Assembly: GCA_030141605.1 (NCBI GenBank)
Contig: JAQGDQ010000418.1
Coordinates: 62,001 to 126,000 of the forward strand
Source of the DNA: Tubiluchus corallicola
Lineage: Eukaryota > Animalia > Priapulida
Length of the DNA: 64,000 nt
Direction of reading: 5' to 3'
Shown here one piece after another: positions 28,603 through 64,000 of this stretch (position 1 is the first letter of the stretch; the number at the start of each line of letters is the position of its first letter). Made by a program: the position numbers and the translations under genes. Under the pieces are notes generated by a model. It saw nothing but the letters and a program-made list of their open reading frames with translations. It was not told the origin of the DNA and searched no databases.

Positions 28603-30279
28603 AAATGACTGGTCTAATCACCGAGGAAACAAGTAAGACAGCGAGGTGTAATTTTTTGTTTAATACAGAAAACCACAGCTGCTGCCAAATTCCGCATAAT
28701 GCATACGGGCATTATTGTTTATTTTCCCCAAATAGCTACTATATTAGTTGTTTCAATATGTTAGTAGTGGCAGCAGACAAATTACTCAAAACTTCAACAA
28801 AACTGGGTGCTGTGCATTTTGTTTAAGTATGGTCCAGTTTTTTGCTAGTTTGACTTTCTGCCTATAATTTAGGTAGTACTAAACACAACTAGCCATTATC
28901 ATTATAAACAAAACTACAGTGATGAGTCTGTAGGGTTTGAAAAGAAAACAGCATGCTATAAAGTTTGTACGTTTAGCACATTTTTAAAAAATGTAGCACT
29001 TAAAAAGTAGGTATTTCTGCACAATCATAAGAGAAATCCATATTTTTTAATGCGTTTAATGCTTCTAAGTGTTAAGAATGCACAAGAACTGTTTTATACA
29101 AACATTTTGAAATAGATAAATAAATTAAAATTGAATTGAAAAAAAATTGAATTAGAAAGGTTTTCAATCATTTGAAGTTATTCCACTTTTCGTGTGCATA
29201 AATACCAAGTAGTAGGCCTAAACCTGTCTTATTTTTAGCCAGTAGTGGCAAAAATAGATAAATTACATATGGAAGATTTTAACCATCCACTGGGGGCGAG
29301 CATTTTCTATCTGAGAGCGAATTCAAATTGAACCGACTTTCAAACTCGAAACAAACCGAATTTCAAATTCGCATTCAGCTTTAAAACTTTTGAATAAATC
29401 TTTGAACCATGAATAAATAGTACTATTGTAAAAATCATTTATATTGCTTGATTTTGTTCTGCAGTAATTTATTTGTTTAAAAATAGCGCACAGAAATCGC
29501 AGCAAAATTGTGCAGATTCCATGCTGTTTCAAACGTTTTAATGATAGGGAACACACATGCAGTTGAGGCGATTAATCATTCAAATCCATAATTTTAGGTT
29601 TGAATCGAATTTAAATAAAAAAAAACTGGTTCGAATTGAATTCGAAAGTGCACCCCTGCCATCCACCATTTACTTGCGATTTTTTAGCAAAGTTTACAAC
29701 GACAGAACAGCAAGTTAACATGACATATAAAACAAATTAGTGAAACAGCGACATTAAGAAACAAAGTGTGCCATAGTGAGGACTGAGAAAACGGGTATTT
29801 CCTATCGGCGCTGTAAAATAGATGACTAGACAAAGAAAGGGAACACACCAAAGGCACAACTGATGCATAAAAACAAAGTGAACAATTATGTAATAATATA
29901 TAAGTAAAGAACATAGGTTAAAAGTTAAAAATACAAGTTTATAATATAAAGTATTTAACATACTTTTTGTAAATTTCTAGAAACGAATGATTTGAATATA
30001 CCACCATTGCATAATATGCATTTGCTGTATTTTACAAGTAAAATCAACATACATAGGTATTCAATATATTTACACATTTTACATGTATTTATGTTCAACG
30101 AAAATATGGTGGCCTAAAATTGCAAAAGCAAAGCATGGCTTGTTGTCAAACACCTCAATGTTATGAAAATTTAATGTCTGTCCTCAATCGTGCATGATAG
30201 ACTTACGTAAAATAAGAATGTGACATATGGCTGCAGCAAAATGATTGTAGTGTCTCATTTTACGTGTTTTCGCTGCATA

Positions 30280-30293
30280 CCACTAGATGGCAG
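30280..30293 (+). promoter_or_regulatory. Candidate CTCF-binding site
   Basis: CCACTAGATGGCAG matches the CTCF core; located just past the ARMC9 stop, between convergent genes. Confidence 0.4.
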
Positions 30294-30335
30294 GATAAAC
30301 GGACGAAGAACATACTGCATTTCAGCAATTTACAC

Positions 30336-57649
<27,314 letters not shown>

Positions 57650-59504
57650 TTCTACAATAATCACAGAGTCTGCACTCCAGAAAAACTCGACAGTGACTGG
57701 CAAGATACGAAATTCTAATGACAGTGTGAATGTATTGGCATAAAGCACAGCCTTGCGTTGAAGAAAATACGACTACAACAAAGCTCAAGAGCTGTTAAAG
57801 TTATACACTTCGTTACATCTTAACATGCAACTTCCATTATTACCCTGGAGCATTATTAACAGTCCTGGAGCAATACATCGGCAGAGTGACAGAAGCTGAA
57901 AAGCTCAGAGATACCGGTACCAAAGGAAAACTGTGAGTTTGAACATCACAAAACGAACTTAGATGGCAGAGACATTAAATGTTTTTGACACGTAACGTCG
58001 TTGTAACACAGTCTAATTTTCTATTCAATAAATTTTCCAAAAAAATAGGAAAACTATTTGAAACTATTTTTGCAAACAGCAAAATTAATGTTATAACGTT
58101 CAGTAAGTGTAACTATGAACGCTGTTTTTCATCTACAATTTGCTAGCAATACGCACAATCTTTGTACTGTTTAGAGGAAGCAAACCATTATTATTTAGGT
58201 TCCTTTACTGCGAACTCTTTATGTTCACCTAAGACCGAGACGAAAACATAGTCAGCACAATTAATATTAAAATTTAACAAAAATTTGGAATAATTACATT
58301 TTTATTAATGCTATAAATAGTGATAACTAAAGTAGCTACTTTGTTATCTTATTCGTTGACCAAAAATAATTTCTAGCCAAACAAAGTGCTCCCTTAGTTT
58401 GCTTGTGCTGTAATGGAATTGAAGCTGTTCCCTCTTAAAGTCTTAATGTTGTTTTGATTACTGGCTAATCACATGCAACTATTGCTTAGTGTGAGTACAG
58501 TGGATTGTCAATTTTGACAATCTAATGTTTTTAGTTTTTAAAATATAATTTTTACCAAAATATACCATTCCACGTAGGCACATGTATATACAATGTTGTT
58601 GATGATCAGCTCATTGTCTAATTAAATTAAACACCATTTTTGCCAAATTGACTGTCAAGTTTCAAGACCAAAAATTTTCTGTAACTCTTGTCACAGCCAT
58701 TTCATGCTATAATCTTGACATCGTGATAAAGATCTGAAATCTATAAAATCTTGATGCCACATTGGCAAAAACCAAGTTTGAGCCTCACAGTTGATATATT
58801 ATTAGCTGCTCACAATTTCATTATGACATTGTTATAGTTTCATCTTGACTGGCATTGCAATTAACAAAGTATAAATAAATGCATTAAATGTATTAAAATC
58901 GCAAGACTCGTAACAATAACAACTCGTAAATAAAGTAGTTTAGTACATTTTTAATTTATTGTAATGTGCTTAGATCTCCAATCAAATATTATTACAATAT
59001 ATCCTGCTAAATAATAATGCCAATACGCCTTAAAGAAAAAATTAAACAAAATTCGGAAGGTATGTAATTAAGCCACCATAACTAAACCAAACACTGCTTT
59101 TTCAAGAAGTGTAATGTTATGTAGTTAATCCTAAAACAATGCTATTTTAACCAGCAGCTTCAAATCAGCTAAAATAACTCCGCATTGCTATTCATGAATT
59201 GACATACATGCATTGATATCTAAAACTATTATGATTCATTGATGACCAAATATAGTCAGTTTAATAGCCAAATCAAAAGAATTTTGGTTGTTTTAAAAGT
59301 AGTATATGCAAATTAAGCCAATTTAGTCATATGTTAAAATACATGTGCAAGTAATACTGAACAAGCTGGAAGACATTAATAGAAGCAGCATTACCATAAA
59401 CAAAAGGTTTCCTTATGATTCCTTATAAAACCTTATCAGAGACAATCAACAAATCTTCAAACATGAATTACACTATCACACAATTAAATCCTGTTAATGA
59501 AATC

Positions 59505-62500
59505 CTAAGGGTATGTATAATTATCTCGAACAAATTTCCCAATCACAAGCAAGGCTTGATATGTCTCTACTCCAGACGGCACTATCTCGAACGCAGGAAG
59601 TTCATAACCAAACAGCCCAGTGTCGCGAAGCTTGATTGTATAACTGTACTTGATACCAGCGACACCTTTAGCCCAGTCTGCTGAACTGCCAGAAGCAAAA
59701 CCAACTGAAACAATATTACGTAAAAGACTAAATTTATGATTATTTTTATAAATTATTTCATGGATGACAGTAGGTCCTAATTCAGTTCACTCTTGCAATT
59801 ATAATAATGTCTTCTTATACAAGTACTAATGGGACTGGTAGTTTTAGTCTCTGCTCCAGTTACCCTAACACAAAAATGCATTTTGAAATACAAAACTTAT
59901 CTGCATACAAAAGGTGAGCATTTAGGCCAGTACATTTATTTCGAACATGTTCTGCCGCAAGATGCACTGAGGAAGTCTAAATAACCACTGATTTCTTTCA
60001 CTCAAGTCCGGGCATCAAATTCAAGATTTGACAGTTTCACTAAAATCAAAGTTTAAACTTTTGTCTAACATGTGAATAATCATTTTTCTGCACATGCGAT
60101 AAAGTAAATCAACAAACAACTCCAGGTGAAATAGTGACATTAGAGCACTTGTAACTGGCAAATCAGTTTGTTTTTATGCAACGAACTGCCTTTTAAGCGA
60201 AAGGTATCTGGTTCAAATATAGGTTCTAACAAGATTTTTCTATGTTTTCTTTACTTTCAGATCAGACAAATTTCTTTTAAAATTTAATAATTGTGGGCCA
60301 TTCAATCAAGTTCACTTTAATTGTGTTAAAGGGACATTGAGCATTCAAATGCACGTATCAATTTGGATGATACTAGAATGCAATATTATGGCCAATAACT
60401 ATTATGATGTACATACCAGTCATAGCGCTGCTTCCAACAGTGTATTCTGTGTTAAATGGAGCTTGAAGGGCAGCCACAGCTTCTTGTGCTAAAGCATCCT
60501 GAAATTAAACGCAATATAATTATTAGTTATAAAATGTTCAAGCAAAATCTCATAAAATTATTAGCTATCTAATCATTGTAAAAATTAATCATACTTTTGG
60601 TGGAAATTGACGGTGCAATGTATTTCTTCACTTGGGTGACTGGTAAAAGAATGTGAGTTCAAAATAGAATGCCCAAGCGTGAAATAATAATGATTTAAAC
60701 TGATTTTACTATAGTTAAACCTTGTTACAGCATTCTCTTTACAAGGCCAACATCGCTTAATGCTCACATTTTTAGCAAAACAAAATATCTATACTTACAC
60801 GGACATGTACGTAGACATAAAACATTTATTTTCTCCAATTAGTTTAACATCAAAAGTTTTTTAAATATTAAGTAATTATAAGTAATGGAGCAGGGCAGGG
60901 AAGGACCATAGGGTCATCTAGTCTGCTGCCCTTTCTTATAAATAGAATAGTATATTAAAAATTAACGGTGATGCTGCAGATAACAAAAACAAAAACAATT
61001 AAGAAAAAATAATAAAAACAGTATAAATGATACAAATTATCAAAAAAGAACTGAAAACAAAAAATAATAAAGCTAGATAACTAAATCTAAACAAAACAAT
61101 GCAATTTTTCAGTAATTAGGATTATTATATGTAGTAGTTTCAAATAGGAACTTATTAACAGTGGAATTTGACCAAGGTTAGTGAGTACAGTTAAAAACTG
61201 AGAGTACGGAAAGAAAAAATAAGCATCACAAAAAATGTAATATAGAAAAATTTATGACAAAAAAGTAAGTATGAGAAAGAGCAACAATTACTTAGCAGAT
61301 CAAGAGAAAAAAGAAAAAAAAAGAAAAACTTGCTAGCTTGCTTATTAGTCTTACAAGTTATGTACTACAGGTATATCCATTTAGTAAGATTTCCGTGTAC
61401 TTTTTGGAAGCAGGAAATAAGCTACCTTCAAAGGTATCTTTTGGCAATGAATTCCATAATTGAACTCCTCGTGATTTTAAGCTATTAAAACCATGTCGGG
61501 TAAAAAATCTCTCCACAAAATACTGTTCATTAGAAGCAGCTCTTGTGAAGTAGGAATGTATATCAGAAACATTAGTGAAATATTCACTAAAAAGTTTCGG
61601 TACATAGTAATATACCTCGTTATAATGCCAAACTCGCTGTAATGCCAGCTTTTTTGCAGTCCCAAAGTAGGCGGTGTAAAGAGGTTTAACTATAATTTCA
61701 GGCAGCGCTTATCGCACTTTTATTACCAACTCCTTGCAAAAGTTTTCCCGGACATTTCAAATAAGCCTAACTTCCTCTAAAGCATGGCCTTTCCTTTTAA
61801 GAACATCTCATCCAAAAACAAAATTCTAAGAATACCAAGTCCTCGTAATCACTGGGTAGACTGAACGTGTAGCTCCATGGATACAACCAGTATTGTCCAA
61901 AGGCCTGAAAATTCAGGTACGCTTTGATGTCTGTCCTACGGCCAAGAATATAGTTACGAATCTGACTTGTTTCTACTTCTGAGAATGGATGGCTGCCGTG
62001 ATAGTTGCCATCGCACGGCCATGATGACGAACCGGCAACTGCAAGAAAAATTCAAAGATTAAGCCATGGTCTTCACTGTAATGACTCCAATGATAGATGA
62101 AGCTGCACTCTAACATACACATTTTTAACTTAGACATTTATATACTAATTGCACGTTCATACTAGCAAGTTTCTGGCCGAGCAAACTCACCAAGTAACTC
62201 ACAAGTGCATTCAGACTAGAAAGCAAAACTCGCTGTGGGTTACTCTCTGAGAATAAAGTGCGAACTGACACTCCTTTCTCTATTCACTGAGGGAAGTGTC
62301 GAGTGTCACTCACCGAGACATTCATACGAGACAGTAGTTTGCAGATAATCATCTCGTAGTAACTGTTTGAAAGTCTGCAAAAACTCGGAAGGCTCGTAGA
62401 GAAAACCATACAAAACGCCGTCAAATTAAACTAGTTTATTAAGTGAGAATTCTACAACACAAAAGTATGAAGGATCGAGAAACGATTACTGTAAACGTGA

Positions 62501-63255
62501 AAATCTGGAAAACGTTTAAGTGTATCCGAAAATGTAAGTATTATGTCCGTGAGATCTGCGTGCTCTGTGTGTGCCCTCGTGTCGGTGGCCTGCTTTGCCT
62601 TATATAGCGCGCTGTAGAAACTTCCGGAAGTAATGTTCGAGAACATTCCAGACGGTAAGACGATCATTCCGACGGAACATTCTACGATGTTCTATGTAAT
62701 TCTAATAGATGCCAGCGATCTCCACAACACTGTTAGAGAGAAAAACTTGCAACAGGAAACTTGCAAGCCTGAATGCACCACACGAGATGCAATGTATTAA
62801 ACAAAAATGCTATGTTTATAACATCTATAGCAGTGCCCACCCATTCATTATTCTGAGTATAGCCATGTTCTTCACATCATAGCAAAATATGCAAAAACAA
62901 GAAGAAACAAATTAGTCTTTCATTATAGTCAAAACATCATTTCTTTTGAGCTTCTCGGTTAATGTCACATAAATGGCAAATTTATATGAAACAGAAGAAA
63001 AAATCACTAATGGATTTACTCGACAAATGTGAACGCACCGTTTATGTTAATTCTGCCAGTAGTCAAGCACAAACTTGTGAAAGAGCAAGAGTTTAATTTA
63101 AAGTTCTTGACTATTATTTTGAAGATGCTCAGCAAGTAGAATAAATAAAAAAGTAAAATACCTCCCCACTGGAAGTCCCAGTTTCTATTAGCATCCGTTC
63201 CAAGACATGTTGGGTGGTTGACATCATCAGACCGAGTCTTCATCCAGTTACGATC
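59505..63255 (-). CDS. M14A carboxypeptidase A/B-like protein, 3' part (4 exons), predicted catalytically inactive; 5' exons outside the window
   Basis: Exons 63162-63255, 61836-62038, 60417-60498, 59505-59704, GT-AG, in phase, no stops. Peptides DRNWMKTRS, CLGTDANRNWDFQW, GSSSWPCDGNYHGSHPFSEVET, YPWSYT, ASGSSADWAKGVAGIKYSYTIKLRDTG match the CPA/CPB fold. Confidence 0.9.
60808..61255 (-). mobile_element. Retroposon (LINE/SINE) 3' end, copy 2
   Basis: Same sequence family and orientation as 52262-52740. Confidence 0.7.
62150..62780. mobile_element. TIR element containing a solo-LTR-like segment (about 62395-62726, minus)
   Basis: Outer imperfect TIR GCACGTTCATACTAGCAAGTTTC / GAAACTTGCAAGCCTGAATGCAC; inner segment has TGTGGAGA...TCTCTACG ends, TATATAA and AATAAA on minus strand; no TSD seen. 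Confidence 0.45.
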
Positions 63256-64000
63256 CTTTTTAAAAAGATTAGATAAATTCAATCCAGAAAAATCCAGTTT
63301 TTTCAAAAACAAAGCTCTTGAAATCCAGGGAGTATTCCATCATTGCATCACAGGTGTTTTTGGAAATCAGTGCTTAACTTTTGCAGAAAATGCACATCGA
63401 TGTTTTGTTGGAGAAATGTTACACACATAACTTCAGCTCAAAGCTTTTCCAGTTTTGTTCAGGAAGAAAAAAGCAAATGCAAAAACTTTTTCATGGCAGA
63501 TGGTAAATTAATAACGCAATACATTGACCAGCTGTGTATAGCTAACTGAAACCTAGTATATGCTTACGAAAAAGCATTCTTTTATCTAGAAAGCTTACCA
63601 GTGAAGATACTGGTAGAACAGTAAGATACAAAGGACAACCTTCAAACTAGAATTAAATAAAGTTTAACACACCGTGACAGAAAGAAAGTGGAATTGTAAC
63701 ATTAAAATGTAATAAACTCTTTTGAACGAAAAATTGCTGACATTATTAGAAAGAAGATTTCACCACTATCTTCTGTGGTGAAGAGATATGGATAAGAGAT
63801 GTGGAATAAGAGATACGGATGATAACACTAAAATTCAAGCCGAGTTGTACAACAAAAACAATTCCAGAATTGAATAGTAATAGAATTGATATACTGTTAC
63901 CCTTATGAATCATTAAATATCACAAATTTTTCACCTTGATATTAAAAGCATCAACAAGTTTGTATTTTACAGCTGATTCTCTTCTTTATTGTCTTCTTTT

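Noticed and set aside
57650-58300. Expected RFX X-box in the ARMC9 promoter
   Set aside because: No convincing full X-box seen, and the TSS is unknown because an acceptor precedes the ATG.

Overview
AT-rich animal (invertebrate-like) genomic DNA with spliced genes; most entries in the ORF track are not genes. Manual exon reconstruction gives KCMF1 (minus, 9 coding exons, 428 aa, one U12 AT-AC intron), SEC62 (plus, 8 exons, 345 aa, head-to-head with KCMF1), ARMC9 (minus, 20 exons, about 858 aa, convergent with SEC62, one U12 intron that appears to end in AT), and the last 4 exons of an M14A carboxypeptidase homolog (minus) with four catalytic or zinc-binding residues replaced. Main observations: a candidate two-exon antisense gene interleaved with ARMC9 encoding a small tail-anchored protein; the pseudo-carboxypeptidase; a 41-bp minisatellite made from an ARMC9 exon end plus its splice donor; and a truncated R2-like retrotransposon outside rDNA. 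Introns carry many MITEs, LINE remnants and minisatellites. All homology calls come from recall of family sequences, not database searches.
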